From Candidatus Woesearchaeota archaeon (GTDB taxonomy: Archaea > Nanobdellota > Nanobdellia > Pacearchaeales > GW2011-AR1): a stretch of DNA of 32,083 nucleotides. The notes under the pieces were generated by a model, which worked only from the letters and a program-made list of their open reading frames with translations, searched no databases and was not told where the DNA came from. The position numbers and the translations under genes were made by a program. Every line of letters begins with the position of its first letter. Position 1 is the first letter of the stretch. The DNA lies in contig CAYQXU010000002.1 in the NCBI GenBank assembly GCA_964421685.1, positions 1-32,083 on the forward strand. The letters run 5' to 3'. Positions 16,607 to 25,359 of the stretch are shown here, in pieces.

Positions 16607-17596
16607 ATGGAGCCTTTGCTAGTTCTAGCACTTTTAGTAAGCTTTCTACTAACTCTTTTTTTCACTCCTGTTTGGATCAAAAAAGCCCATCAAATAGGAC
16701 TTGTTTGGGAAGACATGAATAAGGCAGGACATCCAAAAAATGTTGCAGGATCTGGAGGAGTTGGAGTTATTCTTGGATTTTCACTGGGAGTTTTAGTTTA
16801 TATTGCAATTAAAACATTTTACTTTAAAACTTCTGAAAATTTAATTGGATCATTTACAATATTAACTTCTATACTTATGATTGGGTTTATTGGGTTTATG
16901 GATGATCTTCTTGGCTGGCAGAAAGGAGGCTTGCCAAAAAGATCTAGAGTAATATTATTAATTTGTGCAGCAGTACCGTTAATGGTTATAAATGCAGGAG
17001 AGTCTACAATGCTTGGAATTCACTTTGGAATTCTTTATCCATTAATACTCATACCTTTAGGAGTTGTTGGGGTTTCTGCAACTTACAATTTCCTTGCAGG
17101 ATATAATGGGTTAGAGGCAGGACAGGGTATCATAATTTTATCAGCTTTGGCTTTTGTAACCTGGAAAACTGGAAATTCTTGGATTAGTGTTATTGCTCTA
17201 TGTATGGTTGCTTCATTAATCGCCTTTTACTTTTTTAATAAAAATCCAGCAAAAGTTTTCCCAGGAGATGTAATGACTTATGCAATAGGATCTTTAATAG
17301 CTGCAATAGCTATAATTGGGAACATAGAAAAAATCTCAATTTTTTTCTTCATTCCTTACATTATTGAAGTTGCTCTAAAAGCTAGAGGAAAATTGAAAAA
17401 GCATAGTTTTGCGAAGGTCAATAAAGATGGAAGCCTAGAAATGCCTTATGAAAAGTTCTATGGTTTAGAGCATTTAGCAATTTATATATTAAAAAAGGTA
17501 AAACCTAGTAAGAGAGTATATGAGAGAGACGTTGTTTGGCTAATAAATGGGTTCCAGATATTAGTGGTAATGGTTGGAATTTTATTTGTGCTGTAA
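16607..17596 (+). CDS. aglH: UDP-GlcNAc:dolichyl-phosphate GlcNAc-1-phosphate transferase (AglH/Alg7-like, MraY/WecA superfamily)
   Basis: Polytopic membrane protein with FMDDLLGW (the DDxxD-type Mg site), the archaeal-type NFLAGYNGLEAGQG motif and PGDVMTYAIG. Confidence 0.82.
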   Translation: MEPLLVLALLVSFLLTLFFTPVWIKKAHQIGLVWEDMNKAGHPKNVAGSGGVGVILGFSLGVLVYIAIKTFYFKTSENLIGSFTILTSILMIGFIGFMDDLLGWQKGGLPKRSRVILLICAAVPLMVINAGESTMLGIHFGILYPLILIPLGVVGVSATYNFLAGYNGLEAGQGIIILSALAFVTWKTGNSWISVIALCMVASLIAFYFFNKNPAKVFPGDVMTYAIGSLIAAIAIIGNIEKISIFFFIPYIIEVALKARGKLKKHSFAKVNKDGSLEMPYEKFYGLEHLAIYILKKVKPSKRVYERDVVWLINGFQILVVMVGILFVL

Positions 17597-17607
17597 CTAA
17601 ATAAAAC

Positions 17608-17615
17608 TTTAAAAA
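17608..17615 (+). promoter_or_regulatory. Putative TATA box (TTTAAAAA, preceded by C)
   Basis: Lies in the 40-nt gap before aglB, 21 nt upstream of the ATG at 17637. Confidence 0.45.
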
Positions 17616-17636
17616 GACATTGTCCTTAAGAAAGAA

Positions 17637-20594
17637 ATGGAAAGTTTTGGGCAGGATGTATCTCAAAAAAAAGAAGGTGTTGCTGAGCAAAAACCTAGAA
17701 GCGATGATGTAGATGTAACAAGCCTTGTAAGAGGTTTTAAGAATTTTTTAGTAAAATCTAAAAATAATACCTCAGCTTTTGTTTTTCTTATATTATCATT
17801 TGTTTCTCTAATATTAACTCTTCTTGTTGCCAGCAAAATTAGTTTGGGCACTAATATAATAAGCAGATTCACTCAAATGTTCCCTCTGTGGATTTTGTTT
17901 TTTTTAACTGCAATGCTTTTTTTATCGTATCTTGCTGCTCGTTTCAATAAATATAAATTAATGTTCATTCCTATTATATTATGGATATTAGTCGTGGCTT
18001 GTGCAGTTAGGACAACCAATATTCCTCAATTAAAAGATATAAGTACTGGTGATTGGACTCTGGGTCCGGACTTAGATCCATTTTTATACTTAAGAATTGC
18101 GCAAGAGATTAATCACGGAGAACTACGAAACCCCGATATAATGAGGTACGTTCCTCTAGGTACAGAAAATTACGCTCTAGAGGATTTGATGCCATGGGCT
18201 ATCCTCTTAATATTCAAAATAATAAACTTATTCAACAACATTTCGTTGACTTATGCTGCAATTATAACCCCAGTGATTTTCTTTTTAATATCTACTATCG
18301 GCTTTTTACTTTTTACAAAAACTGCATTTTCATTTAAATTCTCTAACAAAAAAGCTTGGCTAGGAGCCATCATTGCTAGTCTTTTTTATATATCTTCACC
18401 TGCAATGTTACATAGGACAACTGCGGGAATTCCTGAAATTGAGAGCTTAGGACTGCTTTGGTTCTGGTTTATGTTTTTGTTTTTGTGCCTTGCCTGGAAA
18501 AGTGATAGTTCTCGCAGGACAACAATATACAGTGTTTTAGCTGGAATTTTTACAGGATTAATGTCATTGACATGGGGAGGATACAGGTATATCTATATGA
18601 TTATTTGTCTAACAGCTTTAATTATCTTCTTATTTCAAAAAGATGAAAAGAAGAACTTACAAATTTTTATTTCTTGGATTATTCCTGCCCTAATTATGGA
18701 ATTTTACAGGGTTGGAGACATAATAGGAGTATTAACAAGTATAACTACTACGGGATTTGCCTTTTTTACAATGTTCATTTTATTTGTGAATTTAATTATC
18801 TCTAAACCAGGAGTTGAAAGAAAGATAAAAATAGACAAGATAAACATGCCTAAACCAATAAAGAGCCTTTTGTTAGGAATAATATTGCTTATAGTTTTAT
18901 TCACTATAATGAAGAGTGGATTTATCTTAAATGCTTTCAAAGAAATTTCTGAAAGGTTCCTTTACCCATTTGGTAGGGGAAGGGTTGGATTAACTGTTGC
19001 AGAAAATAAAGTGCCTTTCCTTCAAGAGATACTTCAAAATTTTGATTATCTGTTTTGGACCTTTGTCTTTGGAACAATAGCAGTGTTTTATGCTACTACA
19101 AAAAATTTCAACACAAAAAATAAGATCTGGCTAAATTTTGCTTTCCTTTTTATGCTGGCAGGATTTGTTTTTAATAAATACTCTCCTACTAGCCTCCTTA
19201 ATGGGGAAAACTTTATTTCAAAAGCTTTTTATGTTGGCAGCTTTATCATGTTTGCAGTTTCTATAATCTATATCTTAATAAAAGCTTATTTAAGAAAAGA
19301 CGATAAAACACTGAACGATTTTAAAGAAGTTGATTTTTCATATATTTTACTTCTAGTATTTGCTTTTTGGGCGATTGCTTCTATGAGGGGAGCTATAAGA
19401 TTGCTTGTTATAATAGCGCCAATTCTCCCAATACTTTCAGCATTTTTATTCATTAAACTTTTAGATTCTAAAACAAAAAGCAAAGATATGAGAAAAACAG
19501 CAATTATCATAATGCTGATTGTTGTTACAGGATTGTTTTTTGTAACATTTGTACATTATTATGAAATAACAAATTCTTCTACAAAATCAACTATTCCTGG
19601 AGCTTACGAACAGCAATGGCAAAAGGCTATGGCATGGGTTAGAGGGAATACTCCCGAGGGAAGTGTTTTTGTTCATTGGTGGGATTATGGATATTGGGTG
19701 CAAACAATAGGCGAAAGACCAACGGTCACTGATGGAGGACATCCAATATCCTATTGGGATCATTTAATAGGGAGATATGTTCTAACAACCCCTTATCCTG
19801 AAACAGCTCTTAGCTTCATGAAGGCTCACAAAGTCTCATACCTATTAATTGACTCTAGCGATATAGGCAAATATTCTGCTTATTCAAGTATAGGCAGTGA
19901 CACGACAGGCCAAGATAGATTTTCTTGGATTCCAGTGATGATATCTGACCCAAAACAAGTTCAAGAAACTTCAAATGGAACTCTTAAGGTCTATGGGGGA
20001 GGCTTTGGACTTGATAAAGACATAATTTATGATATGGAAGGTAAAAAGATATTTTTACCTTCAGGCAGTGCAGGAATTGGAGCAGTAATTGTGCAAACAA
20101 AAAATAAAAATGACTCTATTTCGTTTGCGCAACCTGAGGGGATATTTGTTTATAATGGAAATCAAATAAGAATCCCTATAAGATATCTTTATTATAATGA
20201 AAGAATGCTTGATTTCAAAAGTGGCCTTAACATTACGATCGATATAATCCCATCTATTTCTTCAACAGGAGGAGGTTATCAAATTGACAAAACAGGGTCC
20301 ATAATATATCTTTCTGAAAAAACCATGAATAGCTTAGTTAGTCAACTATACTTATTAAATGATCCTTTCAAGAGATATCCTACAGTGACTCTTGCTCATT
20401 CGGAGGACGACTCGTTTGTAAGTTTTGTTAATGGACAAGGGGCTAATGTAAAAGACTTTGTTTATTTCAATGGACTCAGAGGTCCAATAAAAATGTGGAA
20501 AGTAGACTACCCAGAGAATATAGCAACGAAAGATGAGTTTTTAAGAACTTCTGGAGGATACGGGGAATTTGATAATTTAACTTTTACAAAATAG
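17637..20594 (+). CDS. aglB: Dolichyl-phosphooligosaccharide-protein glycotransferase AglB (STT3 family oligosaccharyltransferase)
   Basis: 985 aa. About 13 N-terminal TM segments precede a soluble C-terminal domain. WWDYG is at nt 19677-19691. An EL1 acidic motif (GPDLDPFLY) and IPEIESLG are also present. Confidence 0.93.
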   Translation: MESFGQDVSQKKEGVAEQKPRSDDVDVTSLVRGFKNFLVKSKNNTSAFVFLILSFVSLILTLLVASKISLGTNIISRFTQMFPLWILFFLTAMLFLSYLAARFNKYKLMFIPIILWILVVACAVRTTNIPQLKDISTGDWTLGPDLDPFLYLRIAQEINHGELRNPDIMRYVPLGTENYALEDLMPWAILLIFKIINLFNNISLTYAAIITPVIFFLISTIGFLLFTKTAFSFKFSNKKAWLGAIIASLFYISSPAMLHRTTAGIPEIESLGLLWFWFMFLFLCLAWKSDSSRRTTIYSVLAGIFTGLMSLTWGGYRYIYMIICLTALIIFLFQKDEKKNLQIFISWIIPALIMEFYRVGDIIGVLTSITTTGFAFFTMFILFVNLIISKPGVERKIKIDKINMPKPIKSLLLGIILLIVLFTIMKSGFILNAFKEISERFLYPFGRGRVGLTVAENKVPFLQEILQNFDYLFWTFVFGTIAVFYATTKNFNTKNKIWLNFAFLFMLAGFVFNKYSPTSLLNGENFISKAFYVGSFIMFAVSIIYILIKAYLRKDDKTLNDFKEVDFSYILLLVFAFWAIASMRGAIRLLVIIAPILPILSAFLFIKLLDSKTKSKDMRKTAIIIMLIVVTGLFFVTFVHYYEITNSSTKSTIPGAYEQQWQKAMAWVRGNTPEGSVFVHWWDYGYWVQTIGERPTVTDGGHPISYWDHLIGRYVLTTPYPETALSFMKAHKVSYLLIDSSDIGKYSAYSSIGSDTTGQDRFSWIPVMISDPKQVQETSNGTLKVYGGGFGLDKDIIYDMEGKKIFLPSGSAGIGAVIVQTKNKNDSISFAQPEGIFVYNGNQIRIPIRYLYYNERMLDFKSGLNITIDIIPSISSTGGGYQIDKTGSIIYLSEKTMNSLVSQLYLLNDPFKRYPTVTLAHSEDDSFVSFVNGQGANVKDFVYFNGLRGPIKMWKVDYPENIATKDEFLRTSGGYGEFDNLTFTK

Positions 20595-20613
20595 GTTTTT
20601 GAGATACATAAAG

Positions 20614-20622
20614 CTTAAAACA
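20614..20622 (+). promoter_or_regulatory. Putative weak TATA box (CTTAAAACA)
   Basis: Lies about 20 nt upstream of the ATG at 20643, in the 48-nt gap after aglB. A T5 run (20596-20600) directly after the aglB stop could be a terminator. Confidence 0.3.
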
Positions 20623-20642
20623 GACTCACAGTCATAATTTAA

Positions 20643-21752
20643 ATGAGGGGAGAATATCCTATAGCAATAATTATTGGCACAAAGGCAGAGCTGATAAAGT
20701 GCATGCCTATTATGATAGAACTTCAGAATCAAAAAAAGGAGTATTGGTTTTTACATACTGGGCAGCACCCACTTGAAAAATCTTGTGAGGATTTCAACGT
20801 GAAAAAACCGGATTTTATTTTGAGTAAAGAACCTAAGATAAGCACAAAGTTTTGGTCTAAGATAAATAACAGTTCCTTATTTTGGTTTTTTCTAATGATC
20901 TTTAAAATAAAAGCTAAGCTAAAGGAGTTAAGGCCTGTCTATGTGATATATCATGGAGACACCATGAGTACTGCTGCAGCAGCCATTGGATCTAGTAAGA
21001 TACTTAACCCTAGTAAACAATGGAGAAACGTGCATTTAGAGGCTGGACTTAGAAGCGGATCAATATGGGAACCTTTTCCAGAAGAGATATCAAGACGTAT
21101 AAGCGATGGTTTTTCAGATATACTCTTAGCAGTTTCTGATCTTTCAGAAAAAAATCTAAGGAATGAGTATAAAGACAGAAAAATTATATTAAAAATAGGA
21201 AATACTATCATTGACTCTTCATTGAGTATATATAAAAAGGCAGAAAAAAAATTTAAGGCAGAAAGGGAAGAGTATGTTTTAATTAATAGCCATAGGCATG
21301 AGCATTTAAAAAATAAACAAAATTTAATAAAAATTATAAAGATCATTAATTCCATAAAAACAAAAGGTATTTGGCCACTTCATGACAATACAGAATATCA
21401 TTTAAAAAAGTATGGTCTTTTTGATAAGATTAATAGAGAGAAAATTTTGATAACTCCCCTTAAAAGTTATGAAGAATTTATTTTTCTCCTAGCAAATTGC
21501 AAATATCTAATTGCCGATGGTGGATCTATTCAAGAAGAAAGTCTTGTTTTTAAAAAACCTTGTTTAATTCTGAGAAATAGAACTGAAAGGCAAGAAGGAC
21601 TTAAAACAGGACTTAACTTTATTACAATGAATGTAGGACTAGCTAAAAAAATAATAAATAATATGGAAGAAAACAGAATAAATGTTCAAAAATTCAAGAA
21701 TCCTTATGGCGAAGAGGGGCTGAGCAAGAAAATTGTTGATGCACTTAACTAA
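20643..21752 (+). CDS. wecB: UDP-N-acetylglucosamine 2-epimerase (WecB/FnlC-like, non-hydrolysing type)
   Basis: IIIGTKAELIKCMPI, HTGQH, YHGDTMSTAAAAIG, HLEAGLRS, PFPEEISRR and DGGSIQEE are the family motifs. Confidence 0.86.
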   Translation: MRGEYPIAIIIGTKAELIKCMPIMIELQNQKKEYWFLHTGQHPLEKSCEDFNVKKPDFILSKEPKISTKFWSKINNSSLFWFFLMIFKIKAKLKELRPVYVIYHGDTMSTAAAAIGSSKILNPSKQWRNVHLEAGLRSGSIWEPFPEEISRRISDGFSDILLAVSDLSEKNLRNEYKDRKIILKIGNTIIDSSLSIYKKAEKKFKAEREEYVLINSHRHEHLKNKQNLIKIIKIINSIKTKGIWPLHDNTEYHLKKYGLFDKINREKILITPLKSYEEFIFLLANCKYLIADGGSIQEESLVFKKPCLILRNRTERQEGLKTGLNFITMNVGLAKKIINNMEENRINVQKFKNPYGEEGLSKKIVDALN

Positions 21753-22605
21753 ATAATTGTAACTTTTCCTTCAATTTAATCAATCCTTGTTTTAACTGTG
21801 TTAGCTCAAAGCCAAGAGATTCTAATTTAGAAGTATCGAATGTGGAATTATGAGGTATTTTTATTTCGTATCCTTCGCTAACCCCTATGCCTTCAATTAT
21901 AGAATCTTTTCTGACTAATCTCTCTAATTCTTTTAAAAAATCAATTATCATCAGCCTGTCAGATCCTGCAAGATGGAAGATTCCCGACAAGTCTTTTTTA
22001 ATCATATGCTTTATTATTTTTGATACATCTTCGACAAACAAAGGCTGCCTTATTTGATAAGGCTCTCTCAATTTTATAGGATTTCCTGATAGGACCATGT
22101 CAAATACACCGTTTCCATTCAATCCGCCATGATACCCGTACATTATTTCCACTCTCAAAACAACATTTTTTGAATTCTTCAATACCTCTTTTTCTGCCAT
22201 TAATTTAGTCTTTCCATAAACGTTCAGAGGGTTTGGCAAGTCCTCCTCATTATAATTTCCTTTTTTTCCGTCAAAGACATAAGATGATGATATGAAGAAA
22301 AGTTTTGAATTTATCTTTAAGCAAGCCTCTGCAATATTCTTTGCAGTTTGGTAGTTAAGCTGTTCAGCCAGAGAAGGATTTTGCTGGCATTTCGTCGAAC
22401 TTGTTAATGCAATAGTGTCTATTACAACATCTGGATTGTGTTGACTCAAGAATTTTTCAACTTTTTCTTTTTTAGTTGCATCCAATTCAAATAAATTATT
22501 GCGTTTTCTTCCAAAATAAGTTCCAACAACTTCATAGTCTTTAGAAAGATTTGAATAAAGATTTTGCCCCAAAAAACCAGATGCTCCAATTACAGCTATT
22601 TTCAT
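21745..22605 (-). CDS. RmlD-like NAD(P)-dependent sugar reductase (dTDP-4-dehydrorhamnose reductase family)
   Basis: N-terminal Rossmann motif VIGASGFLG, FISSSYVFDG, and YGKTKLMAE (YxxxK). Confidence 0.8.
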   Translation of the reverse strand: MKIAVIGASGFLGQNLYSNLSKDYEVVGTYFGRKRNNLFELDATKKEKVEKFLSQHNPDVVIDTIALTSSTKCQQNPSLAEQLNYQTAKNIAEACLKINSKLFFISSSYVFDGKKGNYNEEDLPNPLNVYGKTKLMAEKEVLKNSKNVVLRVEIMYGYHGGLNGNGVFDMVLSGNPIKLREPYQIRQPLFVEDVSKIIKHMIKKDLSGIFHLAGSDRLMIIDFLKELERLVRKDSIIEGIGVSEGYEIKIPHNSTFDTSKLESLGFELTQLKQGLIKLKEKLQLFS

Positions 22606-23714
22606 TCTAACGATTCGTAAACTTTTTTATATTTTTTGGCAACTTCAAACCAATTGTTCTCCGCAAAGTATTTTTCGCATCCTCTTAGCATTTTAGCATA
22701 GTTTTTTGGCTTTAAAGATTCTTTTATTATCTTTGGGAATTCGTCATCGGTTTTAGCTATCCTAATACAATCATAACTTTTTGATATCTCTAAAAAAAAT
22801 GGAGCATTACTCGCGATTACAGGAGTTTTTGTTGCCATAGCATGAGTAAAAATGGCGCTGCCTACACCTCCTCTATAAGCCTGGAGGACAAAATCTGCTG
22901 CTGAAAAATACTCCCACCATATAGGCATTTGGTCACTAATCTCTTTTATATCAAATCTCACATATTTTGAGAGTTGGTGTTCTTTTACATAGTTTTGCAG
23001 AAAATCGAGGTGTTCTTTCAGGGCTTTTGCGTTTCTCGTATTTACTGCTATAGGGCTTGAAACAACTAAAATTGTTTTGCCAATTTCAGCGGCTTTTTTT
23101 ACAGGCCTATCCGCTCCGTTGTCATAGTGTAAATTACCTATTATCAAATAAACATGGCCTTTCAAGCCTAGTTTTCTCTTCGCTTCATTTTTAGGGGTTA
23201 TTTTGGCTCCTCTAATAATTCCCAAGGGCAAGGCAACTATTTTTTTTCTTGGAATCGCATAATCTCTCATTAAAACAGGGACAAAAAAATTAGAGTGAAC
23301 AAAAATTTTATCAGAGGCTTTATTTATTAATTTATTTGCTAAATAATAAAGAGATTTTCTCAAAAAGTTTTTTAAAATTCCTCCTTTAAATTTTTCATTA
23401 AGTGGAAGGGCTGTGTGCATTGTTGTAACTAATTTATATTTTTTAAAGAATAAGAAGTAAAAATAAGCCAAGAACAAAGGAATTCCGTAATATCCACAAA
23501 GATTGTATTCATGCTGTATGTGAACTATGTCAAACTCCTTTAATTTAGGAAAAAGGCTGAAAAAAGATTTAGGGCTTCCTGCAGTGTAGGTCACTTTTTC
23601 TATGTCTACTTTGTTTTCAACTAAATTATCAACAAGACTAGCAGAATAACCAGAAATTGCCTTTTCAGATTCTCTGGTTGGAAAAACCATAGCTACTTTC
23701 ATTTTCTTCAGCAC
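22602..23714 (-). CDS. GT-B glycosyltransferase (GT4-like)
   Basis: Two-domain GT-B pattern. The C-terminal half reads GGVGSAIFTHAMATKTPVIASN. ATGA overlap with the downstream reductase. The start may instead be the internal MKVAMVF at 23702. Confidence 0.8.
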   Translation of the reverse strand: MLKKMKVAMVFPTRESEKAISGYSASLVDNLVENKVDIEKVTYTAGSPKSFFSLFPKLKEFDIVHIQHEYNLCGYYGIPLFLAYFYFLFFKKYKLVTTMHTALPLNEKFKGGILKNFLRKSLYYLANKLINKASDKIFVHSNFFVPVLMRDYAIPRKKIVALPLGIIRGAKITPKNEAKRKLGLKGHVYLIIGNLHYDNGADRPVKKAAEIGKTILVVSSPIAVNTRNAKALKEHLDFLQNYVKEHQLSKYVRFDIKEISDQMPIWWEYFSAADFVLQAYRGGVGSAIFTHAMATKTPVIASNAPFFLEISKSYDCIRIAKTDDEFPKIIKESLKPKNYAKMLRGCEKYFAENNWFEVAKKYKKVYESLE

Positions 23715-24738
23715 TTCTTAATAATTCTTTTATTTTTTTAATTGTTTGTTCTGATTCTGCTCCCTTCTTAGAATTCGCGATTTTATTTTTCCACCAAGAA
23801 ATAGTTTTTCGCAAACCTTCTTCTAAGGGGGTTCCTTGAGCCCATCCTAAAATTCTTTTTGCCTTTGAGCTATCTAAAACTAAGAAAGGCTGATCTGATT
23901 TTATAGGTCTTGATGGATACTCTGGAGGGTATTGTCCAAAATGAATTTTTGTTTGAGAAAATCCTAAAACTTCTGCAATTTTCAAAGTCCATTCGCGATT
24001 AGTATATCCTTTTCCTCCTGCAATGTTAAAGGTCTGGCCCTTTGCTTCAGGAGTCTTCATTGCAAGAAGATATGAATTTATATGATCATCTACATACATG
24101 TAATCTCTAATTGAGTCTGGCGCGCCGATATAAATTTCCCTGCCTTCAAGCATTTCTGTTATTAAGTATTCTGTAAAAAAACTATTGTCGTATTTTCTTC
24201 CAAAAGTGTTTGAGTTTCTTAAGATAACAACATTAAAACCATAAACTTGATGCATCATTCTCAAATACATGTCCATAGCTGCTTTTGAAACAGCGTAAGG
24301 GCTTGACGGCTCTAAACTTAAGTCTTCAGTTAAAGAGCTTTCTTTTTTTATACCATAAACTTCTGCAGTAGACGCTGCAACCATTCTCACTTTATCTGGG
24401 CCGTAAAGATCTAAAATAGCTTCTGCAAGATTTATTGTTCCAAAAAGATTAGTTATTTGATATTCAAATGGATGCTCAAAGCTAAGCCTTACTGGGGAGA
24501 GAGCTGCTAAATGCAAAACAATATCAGGATTTATTTTTTTTATAGAATTTCTTACTACAAAATAATCAGTTATATCACAAGAAATAAGCTTAATTTTATT
24601 TTTTATTTCATCAGCATACCCTAGGTCTCTTCCAACAGTATATCTTTCAAATCCAAAAACCTCGTGTCCTTCTTTTAATAGTCTGTGAGCAAGTTCACCG
24701 CCAATAAAGCCCGTTATCCCAGTTATGATTACTCTCAT
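23665..24738 (-). CDS. Extended-SDR NAD-dependent sugar epimerase/dehydratase
   Basis: GITGFIGGEL (GxxGxxG), ASTAEVYG and YAVSKAAMD (YxxxK). The 3' end overlaps the next gene by up to 50 nt. Confidence 0.88.
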   Translation of the reverse strand: MRVIITGITGFIGGELAHRLLKEGHEVFGFERYTVGRDLGYADEIKNKIKLISCDITDYFVVRNSIKKINPDIVLHLAALSPVRLSFEHPFEYQITNLFGTINLAEAILDLYGPDKVRMVAASTAEVYGIKKESSLTEDLSLEPSSPYAVSKAAMDMYLRMMHQVYGFNVVILRNSNTFGRKYDNSFFTEYLITEMLEGREIYIGAPDSIRDYMYVDDHINSYLLAMKTPEAKGQTFNIAGGKGYTNREWTLKIAEVLGFSQTKIHFGQYPPEYPSRPIKSDQPFLVLDSSKAKRILGWAQGTPLEEGLRKTISWWKNKIANSKKGAESEQTIKKIKELLRSAEENESSYGFSNQRI

Positions 24739-24759
24739 AAAGTCTGAATAAAAAACCAG

Positions 24760-24767
24760 TTTATAAG
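24760..24767 (-). promoter_or_regulatory. Putative TATA box (CTTATAAA on the minus strand)
   Basis: Lies 21 nt upstream of the minus-strand ATG at 24738, in the 48-nt gap after the cupin gene. Confidence 0.4.
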
Positions 24768-24786
24768 TTTTATTGAGGTAAAGTCA

Positions 24787-25263
24787 TCATTTTAACATTT
24801 TTTCCAAACCTTGTAAATAAACTCTTGCTTTTTCTTCATCTTCCGGCTTTTCTGAAGGAGCCCATGAAGCAAATTCTTTGTAAGTATTAGGATCATATGG
24901 ACCTTGAGTGATTTCTAGAATTACTGCCGGTTCATCAACAACTACCAAAGTATGGTATTCACTCTGTGGAAGATAGGTTAAAGGAAGGCTGTCTTTTGAG
25001 GAAACAATTCTATAATCTTTTACATCGCCTTCTTCAGTGAATGAAAAAGAAGCAATTTTTCCTTGTAAAGTAAACCAATACTCATCAGCATTTTCAAGAG
25101 GGTGTAAATGAGGCTGTATATATGTTCCTGGAAGCATAGCATTTAACAAAGGCCTTACTCCAATATAATCTCCTGGTTTTAAGGCTCTAGCTTTTCTTCT
25201 TCTAGGGTCAGCCATAGCTTGGGCTAACAAGTCATCAACATCTCTTGAACTAAAAACATTCAT
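24787..25263 (-). CDS. WbuC-like cupin-fold metalloprotein
   Basis: RRRKARALKP...LLNAMLPGTYIQPHLHP...EYWFTLQGK resembles the WbuC cupin family found in bacterial O-antigen clusters. Confidence 0.65.
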   Translation of the reverse strand: MNVFSSRDVDDLLAQAMADPRRRKARALKPGDYIGVRPLLNAMLPGTYIQPHLHPLENADEYWFTLQGKIASFSFTEEGDVKDYRIVSSKDSLPLTYLPQSEYHTLVVVDEPAVILEITQGPYDPNTYKEFASWAPSEKPEDEEKARVYLQGLEKMLK

Positions 25264-25284
25264 AAAAGAATCTAAATTAAAGAG

Positions 25285-25292
25285 TTTTTAAA
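25285..25292 (-). promoter_or_regulatory. Putative TATA box (CTTTAAAAA on the minus strand)
   Basis: Lies 21 nt upstream of the minus-strand ATG at 25263. Confidence 0.45.
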
Positions 25293-25330
25293 GATTTAGG
25301 TAATTATCTTTGTAGTCAAGCTACATTATA

Positions 25331-25338
25331 TTTTTAAA
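25331..25338 (+). promoter_or_regulatory. Putative TATA box (TTTTTAAA)
   Basis: Lies 21 nt upstream of the ATG at 25360. It is the second of two back-to-back boxes in the 96-nt divergent gap. Confidence 0.45.
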
Positions 25339-25359
25339 CCGTAATGAAATTTCTAATTC

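Noticed and set aside
23665-24738. Calling the SDR enzyme FnlA/CapE, the first enzyme of UDP-L-FucNAc synthesis.
   Set aside because: It keeps the ordinary YxxxK (YAVSK) catalytic motif, and its overall pattern is that of generic extended-SDR epimerases/dehydratases. Only the family-level call is supported.
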